Shown here: one piece after another, positions 31,921 to 42,461 of the stretch
Layout: every line of letters starts with the position of its first letter
How positions within the stretch are numbered: the first letter of the stretch is position 1
Source: Savitreella phatthalungensis
Taxonomy: Eukaryota
DNA length: 64,000 bases
Assembly (NCBI GenBank): GCA_051599415.1
Contig: AP039707.1
Coordinates: forward strand, 124,001-188,000
Direction: 5' to 3'
The notes under the pieces: model-generated
Told to the model about the DNA's origin: nothing
What the model saw: only the letters and a program-made list of their open reading frames with translations
The model's database searches: none
Position numbers and translations under genes: made by a program

Positions 31921-32363
31921 CAGATATGACCGTGAAAATCACCAAACCGACTGACTCACTGTCAGACACCCTCTACTGACTATCCTTGACGAAGATGAGG
32001 ATGAGAATGAGGATAGAGGTTGAAGAGGTGTTTGAAGAGCTGTTGATGGTTACTTTGTGACATGTTACACAACGATCAATCATTGGAGTTTGATCCAACG
32101 TTACACAAAACTTGTAAATTTTCTGATCTGACCCCGATTAGATTGAAATTCAGATTTACTTAGATGAGTATACACAGTATTCACACATGTCACAAACAGC
32201 TCATCATCCTCCAGGCACACACCTACACACTCATCCTGTACACAACACTCTTCACAAGCCGCTCATAAGCCTCTTGTCGCTTCTGAGACATCACTTGCTG
32301 CTCTCGTCCCTACTTCAAGCTTCTTGAAATTCCTGTTCTGGGTCACAGCTTTCCCTTGCAGAA

Positions 32364-33539
32364 ATGGTAGCGGCTACCCAGACGAAAGCCGCGACCACGA
32401 CAGGCACCAATACCAATGCAGTATCCACGGGACGGCAGATGATCTACACTGGACACGCTCACCTGAGACGGAGACTTGTTCTTGCGACGATTGCTGGAAA
32501 GACCATCCGGATTGACAAGATTCGACCATTGGATGCTAACCCGGGTCTTCGTGACTATGAGATTTCCTTCCTTCGCCTGCTCGAGCGGTTCACGAACGGA
32601 AGCTTGATCGAGATCTCTTACACCGGAACAACGCTGCTCTACAAGCCAGGCCAGATCACCGGCGGCGTCATCACTCACGACTGCAAAGGGTCGAGGGCGA
32701 TCGGATACTTCCTTGAGCCGCTGCTGCCGCTTGCGCCAATCGCCAAGTCGCCTGTGAATTTGACGCTGACTGGTATCACGTCTTGCGATGCGGATGTGGG
32801 TGTGGATGTGCTGCGGACGAGTGTGCTGCCTGTGCTCCGGCGGTTCTTGGGTGAGGATGGTGGGAGTGAGGATGGGAAGTTGCTTGAGTTGCGGTTGCTG
32901 AAACGGGGTGCTTCGCCTGGCGGTGGTGGACAGGTCCAATTGATGTGTCCCGTGGTGAGGGTGATGCGGACGATTCACCTACTCACACCAGGACGCATCA
33001 ACCGTATCAGAGGATTCGCCTCTTCCACGCGCGTCTCCCCAGCCAACGTCAACCGCCTCGTCACAGCAGCCAGAGCGGTGCTGAACCCATTTGTGTCTGA
33101 CATCCATATCTACACGGACGCTCGCAGGGGAGACGAGTGTGGTAACTCGCCAGGGTTCGGTCTTGCCCTGGCTGCAGAGACATCAGCAGGGTGTGTGTAC
33201 GCGAGCGAGGTCGTTGCTGGTGCTGGCGAGGCTGCAGAGGAGGTTGGCGAGAAGGCGGCGAAGGAGCTGCTGGTCGGGGCATGTGCGGACGCAGGCTCAG
33301 GCTGTGTCGATCTCCAGGCACTCCCGCTAGCTCTCACCTGCATGCTCCTCGGCACCGAAGACGTAGGAAGGCTCAGAGTCGGTCAAGGCACCATCACACC
33401 GTCCACAGTACAACTCCTCAGGGACATCAAGCACATCTTCAATCGCACAGTCGCCATCACAGAGGAACCAAAGAGCGGTACTCTCCTGCTCAGCGTCGTC
33501 GGTATAGGTCACGTGAACGTCAACAAGGGCATCTCCTGA
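32364..33539 (+). CDS. RCL1: RNA 3'-phosphate cyclase-like 18S rRNA processing protein
   Basis: LRRRLVLATIAGK, PGLRDYEISFLRLLE, TNGSLIEISYTGT, RAIGYFLEP, KRGASPGGGG, SPGFG. Confidence 0.95.
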   Translation: MVAATQTKAATTTGTNTNAVSTGRQMIYTGHAHLRRRLVLATIAGKTIRIDKIRPLDANPGLRDYEISFLRLLERFTNGSLIEISYTGTTLLYKPGQITGGVITHDCKGSRAIGYFLEPLLPLAPIAKSPVNLTLTGITSCDADVGVDVLRTSVLPVLRRFLGEDGGSEDGKLLELRLLKRGASPGGGGQVQLMCPVVRVMRTIHLLTPGRINRIRGFASSTRVSPANVNRLVTAARAVLNPFVSDIHIYTDARRGDECGNSPGFGLALAAETSAGCVYASEVVAGAGEAAEEVGEKAAKELLVGACADAGSGCVDLQALPLALTCMLLGTEDVGRLRVGQGTITPSTVQLLRDIKHIFNRTVAITEEPKSGTLLLSVVGIGHVNVNKGIS

Positions 33540-35989
33540 GTAAATCCTCTTACACGTCAACGTACACGGCATAGAGTGGTCTAAAATCGTCCTGCGCTGA
33601 TTATCATGGTACTTCCTGCCAAGACCTACGTGACCATGTCTTGCTGTATTGGTGCTGTGCGACTTTCAGGGCGGGCTGTCCGGCTGTTGCGGATCTGTGT
33701 ACGTTAGGCTAGTGTATACTGAACGCCCGGATGGTAGTCAGGTCACGTCAGCTCACGCGAATTCACGTCACGCTTGGCAATGCCTTCCCCCGAGTAGGTT
33801 ACATTGGCAGATGCATGAAGATGTAGGAATGAATGAATGCGTCAGATTCCTTCTGCGGCATTGGAAGGCAATCTCCTGTCCAGCCCTGCCCTGCCTTGCC
33901 GTGTTCCGACCTGTTTTGACAGGAGCAGTGGTGCGCCTTATGGAGTCAGACAAGGGATTAAGGTTTTGTGGGTGAAGCTGCACTCAGACTTGAGAGCTAA
34001 GCCAAGTTCAACTACACTCTCATGGCTTGACGGGTGAGTTCATGGTACGGAATGGATTTCCAAGTGTTGGGGTAAGAAGCAATTTGACCCTGCTTCGTGA
34101 ACAGTGGACAATAGAAGTTCTCTCACCTTTAGATTCAGATGGTAGTAGGTGAAGTCATTCTGACGTGACGACGACGTCAAACACCATTCTTTGACGGACA
34201 GCAGCTTGCAACTGCACCAAACCCTTCCAACCAAAACACCTGAGCACCATCACCTAGCTGTTCATACTGTCAGAGTATACCCAACTGTTCATACTGTCAA
34301 TGCTCTGACAGTAGAGTCTTGAGTGGACACAGTTGAAGAATCTCAGCATCCCCCCCCCAGAATCCTTCAGGCGTGTCGAAATTTAGAAGAGCGGATGAAG
34401 ATATACCGCCTCCTTTGGATATAGACGGTTGAGATATGTGATGGCACTCAACATTGTAAATTTGCCACTTCTAACCTTTACCAGATTTAAGCCACCATCC
34501 GAAATAGACTCGCACAAGGTAGAACAGGTCAGCGGAAGGAGGACTTCCTTTGAACAAAGGGGTCTTCATTCACTTCCCAGTGTTCATGATGTCGAAGGAA
34601 GGCGGATCATTTGGGTTTAGATTGGAGGTAACAATGATGGGAGCTGGCTTTCGGCAACATCATAGGCTGCCACAAGGTGGAGCTGACCTCATGTGGAAAT
34701 CCAAATCTCACCGAGACTGTTCTCAGTCACATTCACCTGCTCGATACGATGTGTTGGGCGTCTGATGACTTGGAGGGTGTCTGAGAGTCAAAGGATACGA
34801 CCGTTCCATCGAATCATATCCTCCCATCATAGAGCCACAGTCTACCCCGTGGCTCGTCACCCGTTCATTCTACATCCTCATTCCCAGAACCACGACTGTG
34901 GAAGCTCTACCGGATCAATGATTTCAATCACGCTGAGACTTCCTTACGACTTCCGTCTTCTGGCTTATGAGTCAATCTGACCAGGTTCCGCATCTTTTAC
35001 TTCCTTCTCGCCTTCCTTCCTTCTTCCTTACTTCTTCCTTCCTTCCTCACCCAATGTATCCTCACTCCCAAAGGTTACCTGGCAATCTCTGTCTATCCAC
35101 CAGTAGGGTTTTGTCAAGGCAGAGCGTTCAGATGATGCTTCGATTCGACTTGTTTGGTTGAATCTTCGCCCAATCTATCTTCCGTCCCTTCCTGAGCGAG
35201 GACAGGTTCTTGACCGGTTCTCCCTCCAAAGGAGGAGCATACCGTAATTTTGAGATCTCCAGCTCTTTTGAGTCTTCTCTCTGAGTTCCAATCACCTCTT
35301 CAGACGCAGGCATTCCCTCTCTGGGTCGGTCTCCATTCATCCTCTTGCCTGACCAATCTGCCATCTGCCATCTGCCATCTCCTATCGACCACCTCTCCCA
35401 TCTCTCCGATCTCCAATCTGTGACGCAGGCCCCCATCTTCCTCTCTGCCCTGTTCGCCGGCCGGACGCCCACACATCCGACGTAACAGGCTGAATGGCCA
35501 GCTGCCTAACTAGCCCTACCCACAGCCCTATCCGCATCAATTGCTATCCTTTACTCTCTCGACGCTCACTCTCACTCTCACTCTAACCCTCTTACTATCT
35601 CACTCTCACACTCACTCACTCTGTGTCTGTCTCACTCTCTTGCGCACCTCTCCGGCCGACAGACCGGCGGCTCACGTCAGGACCCTCGTCTCCTATTCAC
35701 AAATAGATCTACAGTGTTTTCGAACATCGGGCACGACGCTGCACCAAGCGTCAACCTTCATCTCGAACTCACCACAGACACCTCTTGTCGACGTGTCTGA
35801 ACGTTCTTGTCCGATTGTTCCTGCGCGACGCGATTCATTCGTCTCCGGAACCTCTCACACGGCCGGGCTGCGCATCTCGTGCGAGCGTGGTTAAGCGCGA
35901 CGTTTGACATCCTTCGTTGACCATGGATCCGCTGTAGCAACCTCTAGAACATTGTCGTGACGTCAAACGCTTCACGAACCCCTACACTC

Positions 35990-38900
35990 ATGATTGCTCA
36001 AGAGGCCTCGACCCACACTCGGGATTCGAACCCCGGGAATGGTCCTGGTGGCGAACGACGCGATGCACCAGAAACCAGGGCGCTTCCAGAGACGGCGTCC
36101 TGGCTACGCCAGCGTGAAAATTCAACAGTCGAACTCACCGAGGCTCTGGAGCCCTACAGAGATATCGTCTTCACCGCGTATGACCAAGTCAAAGCTGATC
36201 TTGGACTCGAGCGTTACTGCCGCCTGGGTACAGCACTAACAGGGATGAAGCACTGCTGTATTCAACTTGTCAGCGGCAGCGACATCTGGTGTGTGCAGTT
36301 CACAGGCTTTGGCAAGTCCTCTGAGGACGATGCAGCAGCAGGCGGTAGGACTGACGCCGACGTGGTGGGTCACTACGTGAAGGAGGATGTGGTCTGCCAA
36401 GATACCGTCAAATTGTCGTCCGGCGAGTGGCTGGAGGTTCCAGACCTACTGGTAGATGACCGGTACAAGGATCTTGCGGCCGTCAAGCCAGGATATTTCA
36501 AGTCGTACCTGGGCGTGCCGCTGACGACAATCGACGGCCGTGTCATCGGCACATTCTGCAGCCTCGACGACAAGACCAGACCGCAGGGATGGTCACAGAG
36601 CGAGACCGACGGACTTCGAGATCTAGCCGCGCTCATCAGAAACGAGCTCGACCTTCGCGTCGACCGTCTGCTGGCGGCAAAGGCCAAGCAGGTCTTCCTC
36701 TCGCAGGTCAACCATGAGATGAAAACGCCGATCCACGGCCTCGTCGCCTCCACAGAGCTGCTCGCGAGCGAGGACACCGAAGGGTACTCCCGCTTCACCC
36801 CATTCCAGAAGCAGTGCATCTCTAACATCCAGGCATGCTCGAGCAACCTGATCGACGTCATCAACAATGTCCTTAGCTTCACCGCCATGACGGAGGGCGC
36901 ACCAGAGGGGCTAGATGGCGAGATTGAAAAGTCAGCAGCGCCAGCATCCACGTCATCGTCCGCCACCGCTGGGAAGCTCGAACTGCCCGGACAATCGTCC
37001 AGCACTTCTTTCACCCACCACAACGTCGACATCTGCCAGCTGGTGGAGGATGTACTAGACTCCTGCTGGGCAGGCCGGCGACAGTGCAGGAATTCCGAAC
37101 AAAACGCCATCCGCGCTGTCGTCTCGATAGCGCCAGACCTCCTCACGAACCACCTGTACCATCTGAACAAGGGGGAGATCTCCCGGATCATCATGAACAT
37201 CTTTGGCAACGGCTGCAAGTACACGGACGTGGGTTACGTCCAGGTATCTGTTTTTGCAGATCCGATGGCGCGCGTCGAGGGCAGGCAGAGCGTGTGCATG
37301 GTCGTCCAGGACACCGGTCGAGGTATCCCTGCCGAGTTCATCGCCAGTGGTGCTCTTTTCAGACCATTCCAGCAGGGAGACTCATCAGCAGAAGGCGTTG
37401 GACTCGGCATGTCGATCGTCAAGCACCTGCTCGAGCACTCTGGCGGTTCCCTCGACGTCAACTCAATGGAAGGTCTGGGAACGACGGTGACGATGCGCTT
37501 CGAGCTAGCACGCTCAACCAAGCGCCCTCGTCAGATCCCATCGTACCACGATCGGACGTACTATATGAACCCGGTATCAAAGACAAAGGGAGAGGCCAAG
37601 ATGGTGGACGCGATCGCGATGGCATTGGAGCGGTGGTACGGTCTGCGCGCAGTCCAGGATCCTGCATCCGCAGATCTCGCCGTCCTGAGAACGGTTGAGG
37701 AACTCGAAGCCCTGCGATCGCAGTCGATAGACGTCCCATGCATCTTCGTGACGGATGGTGCGTCAACGTGGAAGCAGCTCGACCACCACCAGAACGTCCA
37801 CATTGCTCAGATCCCGGTCGGCCCCAAGAAGGTCGGCAAGTTGCTCGAGCGCGTCCTCGGCAGGAGAACGAGCATCGGGCGCGAAAACTCCGACGGCAGC
37901 AGCACCAACCTCAACGCCGACGCTGATCTTACCATGACAGACGACGGCGCTCGATCATCTGACAGCCTTCCGTCCGGTCTTGATCCAGCAGAGGCGCGAT
38001 CAGGTTCGTCAACTCCATCAAATGCGCCAGCAAAACGATCGATCCCCAGGACGTTCTCACCTGCTCAGCCGAAGCGCGAGTTGCGCCTACACGGCAACCA
38101 CATCGACAGCGACAGCAACGCACAGCAGCATGACGCCCACGAAATGCATTCCTCACAGCAGCAGCGGAAACCGCACGTCCTCTGCTGCGAGGACAACGAC
38201 GTCAACCTGCGCGTCCTGACGACGATTGTCGAGCGGCTGGGACTGACGTACGATGTGGCGAAGGACGGTCTGGAAGCAGCTCAAAAATACGAGGCTGCGT
38301 TGGTAGAGTCGCCGTTCGACGTCGTCTTCATGGATCTAGGTCTTCCGACGCTGTCAGGATTTGAGGCTTGTGCGCGAATGCGGCAGGCGGAGGCGTACGC
38401 GAACCTCGCAGCCCGCGGTCGAGGACCTGCACGCGTCATCGCCCTCACCGGTGGCCACGGTCCGGACGACGTGGCGCGGTGCAGGCAGGCTGGAATCGAC
38501 GACTACGTGGTCAAGCCCGTGCCTGTGAAGGTGCTGAGAAAGATGCTCGAGACTTGGACACCGCGTGAGCCTGTGCCGATCTCCCCGCAGCAGGAGCAGC
38601 ACAACCATCAGGCCGCATCCACCACAGCAGGTCTGACCGCCCACAACCATGAGCAAAACAGGTCACAACCATCGCCACCGAGAGAGTTCATCCGAAGTCG
38701 AAGCCCGCTCGTCGGTGAATATATGTCCCTCCACCACGGACGCACCCCGTCCACCGCCACCAGCATCACGAGAGATCCCCGCTCATCAATCTCCGCCGCC
38801 TCCTCCCCCATCGGACTTAGCCTGCCTTTGGCCGACGCAGCAGGCCGTCACTCCATCTCATCCGTCCTCAGCCTCAGTAACTACCCGCCCGAAGTCCTCA

Positions 38901-39133
38901 CCACACCAGGCCTGGAGACCCCACCGGCCATCTCCACAGAAACGTCAGGAGCAGACTCCATGGACGAACCGTGCACCGGCATCCCGAGAGACTCGAGATC
39001 CGCAACCACATCCACGTCAACGACCAACAGCAGCAGCGCCGTCTCACCCTACTCACAGCATCACCACGGATACTTCAGCGCCGCCACCTCACCACACCAT
39101 CCACCTCTACAATCACAGGCACACCGTGCTTGA
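35990..39133 (+). CDS. Hybrid sensor histidine kinase (GAF-HisKA-HATPase-degenerate REC-REC)
   Basis: GAF (YLGVPLTT..GRVIGTFCSLD), H box (NHEMKTP), N box (NIFGNGCKYT), G1 (DTGRGI), F (LFRPFQQ), G2 (GVGLGMSIV), REC (EDNDVN, VFMDLGLP, IALTG, KP). First ATG at 35990. Confidence 0.93.
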   Translation: MIAQEASTHTRDSNPGNGPGGERRDAPETRALPETASWLRQRENSTVELTEALEPYRDIVFTAYDQVKADLGLERYCRLGTALTGMKHCCIQLVSGSDIWCVQFTGFGKSSEDDAAAGGRTDADVVGHYVKEDVVCQDTVKLSSGEWLEVPDLLVDDRYKDLAAVKPGYFKSYLGVPLTTIDGRVIGTFCSLDDKTRPQGWSQSETDGLRDLAALIRNELDLRVDRLLAAKAKQVFLSQVNHEMKTPIHGLVASTELLASEDTEGYSRFTPFQKQCISNIQACSSNLIDVINNVLSFTAMTEGAPEGLDGEIEKSAAPASTSSSATAGKLELPGQSSSTSFTHHNVDICQLVEDVLDSCWAGRRQCRNSEQNAIRAVVSIAPDLLTNHLYHLNKGEISRIIMNIFGNGCKYTDVGYVQVSVFADPMARVEGRQSVCMVVQDTGRGIPAEFIASGALFRPFQQGDSSAEGVGLGMSIVKHLLEHSGGSLDVNSMEGLGTTVTMRFELARSTKRPRQIPSYHDRTYYMNPVSKTKGEAKMVDAIAMALERWYGLRAVQDPASADLAVLRTVEELEALRSQSIDVPCIFVTDGASTWKQLDHHQNVHIAQIPVGPKKVGKLLERVLGRRTSIGRENSDGSSTNLNADADLTMTDDGARSSDSLPSGLDPAEARSGSSTPSNAPAKRSIPRTFSPAQPKRELRLHGNHIDSDSNAQQHDAHEMHSSQQQRKPHVLCCEDNDVNLRVLTTIVERLGLTYDVAKDGLEAAQKYEAALVESPFDVVFMDLGLPTLSGFEACARMRQAEAYANLAARGRGPARVIALTGGHGPDDVARCRQAGIDDYVVKPVPVKVLRKMLETWTPREPVPISPQQEQHNHQAASTTAGLTAHNHEQNRSQPSPPREFIRSRSPLVGEYMSLHHGRTPSTATSITRDPRSSISAASSPIGLSLPLADAAGRHSISSVLSLSNYPPEVLTTPGLETPPAISTETSGADSMDEPCTGIPRDSRSATTSTSTTNSSSAVSPYSQHHHGYFSAATSPHHPPLQSQAHRA

Positions 39134-39621
39134 CTTTGTTTCACCGAGTACAGAGACACGTCCAAGGAGGACATTCGTTGACGACTGCCATACCTTGTAT
39201 ATAATTTTACCTCTTCTATCTGCTACCACCCAGTGTATGAGTGACTATAACAAGTGTCCCGAGCACTGTCCTCGAACAGTGAGTGGTAATACGCGTACGT
39301 GTGAGAGGACGTCGTCGTACGTTAGACGCTCATCTCTCCTTGCACGTGATCCAAGTGCACGTGCATTCTTACTCACATCACAGCACGTGCAAGTACACCT
39401 GTACACATCAACGTCCTCGTCTCCCTCCCATAGACATCATTTCCAACCCATTCAATCGGGTCTACAGAGTGCTATAGACTACGTCGCAAGCACTCAAATA
39501 AGTCGCTAGTCCTTTTCGCGTATCTACAGAGTATTTGCACTCGCGATGAGTCCGTACTCGAGCTAAAGATCCACAAGTACGCAAACGAGACTCGCGTCAG
39601 AGCGTCTCTTCTCTGTCTCTG

Positions 39622-42438
39622 ATGGCAGACGCTGGCTCTGATCCAGCTTCAGCATACGTTCCTGAAGTCTCTGATGCTTCAGACCCCCCTAGACAGGCGC
39701 TCCAAGTTCCTCTGATCACCAGACAGCCGCCGACACCTACAGATGATACGCGCTCACACGACATCGACCGCGAGTTCGCCCAGGCTACACCGGACAGGGG
39801 CAGGGCGCGGACTCCATCTCTACCGGGAGGACAGACGCCGATTGTTGTCGAAGACGGTGACGTGACGCCAAAAGTCCGTAACAAATCATCGCGCTCGACT
39901 TCACCGGTCCGACTGCTTCAACCATTTACGCCAACAGCCAACGAAGCAGTCAATCCCGTTGACTCCGGCAACGACGCAACACCTGTCGCCAAGTCCACCA
40001 TCGCCCCTGAGAACGCTCCAGAGACCCTGTCGCAAATCAAGAAACAAACTCCGAGTGCAGTAACGCCTGCCTCTGCAAACACATCTGTGTCTGCGCCGCC
40101 CACCGCTTCGACCGACTCGCTTGCAGGCGAGAGACCCAGCTCATCTGCGCTTCTGACAGACAACGAATCCGATGGTGGGTACGCCTCAGGAGGCATGGGT
40201 CCTCCAGCTGCGGCGTCAGGCGTCTCTATCGTCGGCGGTGACCGCGCTGCCCATCCTAGTACCAGCGCGACGTCGATCTCCGGCGTCGCCAATCCGCACG
40301 TCCCGCCAGGCGGTCGCCTGAGTGTCTTCTCCAGAAGATCCGCGAGCAAAGGTGCATCCGACAATGAAGGTCGACGCACGATGACACTCGAGACCGAGAC
40401 GGTGTCCAACATTGCCCACATTTCAGCGGCGAAATTAGATCCGTCTGCTAGGTCGATCCGCAGCAAAGCGTCTACTGACACTGTGAGAGCCGGTGCAGGC
40501 GTATCCAAACCTCGGAAGAAGCGTTCCCAAATGCCTGTCCGTGACGCAGCCAGCGGGGCATCCCGTAATCAGCATGCGCCGACAAAGTCAGAGGTCTATG
40601 CTGCCTCGATCACCCGGGCGGTCGACGAAAACGATGAATCAGACTCAGACGAAACGTACGTGTACGAGAGCAATCCGCGATCGCCCAAACGCATCTCCCG
40701 CAGTCCATCCCTCTCGTCAATGGCCAGCCGCGAAGGACCTCCATACCACACGTCATCCCACTCGTCCGGCGGCGGCACCCACAGCACCACCAACCACACA
40801 AACTCCGGTGGCGGGGGCAGCAGGCGTGTCAGCGGCAGCGTCGCTTCACAGTATGACAGCCACTATGGGATGAACCACGCCCAACGGCGGTCCATCAGCG
40901 CACGGTACGACGGTTCCCGGAGCAGCTACGACTTTGACCGGGAGCGGTGTGCGGAGAAAGGCTACCGTGCTGCGGGGGGCGCGGGCCACCATGTCGGCGC
41001 TGGAGGACAGGCGATCAGCGGGAAGCGGAGCATGAAGTTTGCCCATGGCGTCTACGACGACGCCGTCTCCTCCAACACCGACAGCCACGACAGCCGCTCT
41101 GCCAGGTACGCGACTCATCCACACGCCCGCATCCGCGCCTCAGCTGAAGAAGCCTCCCCTTACAGGTCACCACGCTCGCTACTCCCAGGTCGATCAAGCA
41201 ACACCGCGTCCGGCGCAAACCTCCAAACAGGCAGGTCCTCACCAGTCTCAGGCTACAATACACCGAGATTTGCTGGATCAAACCACAACAGTCGACCTGG
41301 CTCTCCCAGATTGCAACTACATGGGAGATCTAGTCTACCAAACTTCGGACCGAATGGCGCCAGCGGGAACGGCAACGCTCCCAACAGTGGCTCCGCTGCC
41401 AAGGGTGGCCCACGCGCATGGCAAGTGTACGAGCGCGCTGACGAGGACGAGGACGAGGAGCAGGAGGAGGACATTGGCGGGTTCCGTCCAAATGGAACAT
41501 CCAAGCACGAGCGATCACCACTCCTGCGTCGCAAGAGCGATCGTCGTTATTATACCGGGACCCCACGCCGCGTGTACAGCGGCGCAGCGGTAGCCCACCC
41601 TGGCTCTGAATTCGGTCGCAACGAGTATCGTTCGATGACGCCGTCCACGGGCGATCGGTACAGCAGCCGGCGTCATTCCTGGTCAGGTGTGCCATTCATC
41701 ATGACGATCGTGTGCTTGATGATGGTCGTCCTGATGGCCGGTGCAGCTGTGCTATCGACGACTCAGCCTCTCAGAGACCTGTCTGTGGCCAACATCACCA
41801 ACGTCCTCGTCTCCACCCAAGAACTCTCCTTCGACCTAGTCCTCCAGGCATACAACCCGAACGCGCTCCAAGTCCAAATCGCCCACTGCGAGTTGTCCCT
41901 CTTCGCCCAGAGTCCCTTTGTCGCCAAACCATCCACCCCAAAACCCACATCGACCGCTGTGCCAGAGGAGGACGAAGGTGACAATGGTGGCAGCGGTGGC
42001 TGGTGGCCTTGGCCATCTCCTCCTCACAAGCGCAATGCCACCCTCCCCAGCACTCCTTCTCCGCCGCCGCAGGAGAAGTCGAGCACGTTGTTGCTCGGCA
42101 GAGTCCGCCACTTTGACGCTCCGCTCACTTTTGATTCTCGATTCTTCAATCGGTCGCTGGCTCAGGCGACTGGTGAATTGCGACTCGAGTCACCTGGTGG
42201 TGACGATGAGGAGGACGGCGGCGGCGGTGGGAAAGGGGCATGGGAGCGCGTGATCGCTCACCCATTCAGTCTGATTGTGAGGGGTGTCGTCCTCTACGGC
42301 TCAACCAACCCATTCTCCCTCATCCCAGGAACAACAAATGGCGACGGCGCAGTCACCGCAGGCATGCGATCTGCTGAGATCTACGCCAAAATCAACGTCG
42401 ACCCTGCAGCAGCAGCAGCCTTACGCCTAACGTACTAG
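39622..42438 (+). CDS. VAC7: Vacuolar segregation protein Vac7 (Fab1 activator)
   Basis: ETETVS, RAVDENDESDSDETYVYESNP, a single TM helix, then NVLVSTQELSFDL..AYNPN, LLLGRVRHFDAPLTF, HPFSLIVRGVVLY. Confidence 0.88.
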   Translation: MADAGSDPASAYVPEVSDASDPPRQALQVPLITRQPPTPTDDTRSHDIDREFAQATPDRGRARTPSLPGGQTPIVVEDGDVTPKVRNKSSRSTSPVRLLQPFTPTANEAVNPVDSGNDATPVAKSTIAPENAPETLSQIKKQTPSAVTPASANTSVSAPPTASTDSLAGERPSSSALLTDNESDGGYASGGMGPPAAASGVSIVGGDRAAHPSTSATSISGVANPHVPPGGRLSVFSRRSASKGASDNEGRRTMTLETETVSNIAHISAAKLDPSARSIRSKASTDTVRAGAGVSKPRKKRSQMPVRDAASGASRNQHAPTKSEVYAASITRAVDENDESDSDETYVYESNPRSPKRISRSPSLSSMASREGPPYHTSSHSSGGGTHSTTNHTNSGGGGSRRVSGSVASQYDSHYGMNHAQRRSISARYDGSRSSYDFDRERCAEKGYRAAGGAGHHVGAGGQAISGKRSMKFAHGVYDDAVSSNTDSHDSRSARYATHPHARIRASAEEASPYRSPRSLLPGRSSNTASGANLQTGRSSPVSGYNTPRFAGSNHNSRPGSPRLQLHGRSSLPNFGPNGASGNGNAPNSGSAAKGGPRAWQVYERADEDEDEEQEEDIGGFRPNGTSKHERSPLLRRKSDRRYYTGTPRRVYSGAAVAHPGSEFGRNEYRSMTPSTGDRYSSRRHSWSGVPFIMTIVCLMMVVLMAGAAVLSTTQPLRDLSVANITNVLVSTQELSFDLVLQAYNPNALQVQIAHCELSLFAQSPFVAKPSTPKPTSTAVPEEDEGDNGGSGGWWPWPSPPHKRNATLPSTPSPPPQEKSSTLLLGRVRHFDAPLTFDSRFFNRSLAQATGELRLESPGGDDEEDGGGGGKGAWERVIAHPFSLIVRGVVLYGSTNPFSLIPGTTNGDGAVTAGMRSAEIYAKINVDPAAAAALRLTY

Positions 42439-42461
42439 ATCACAAATCGTAGACATCGCAA

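Noticed and set aside
32116..32168. RRPE/PAC-like words (AAATTTTC, GATGAG) upstream of RCL1
   Set aside because: Only partial matches to consensus; too short to call.
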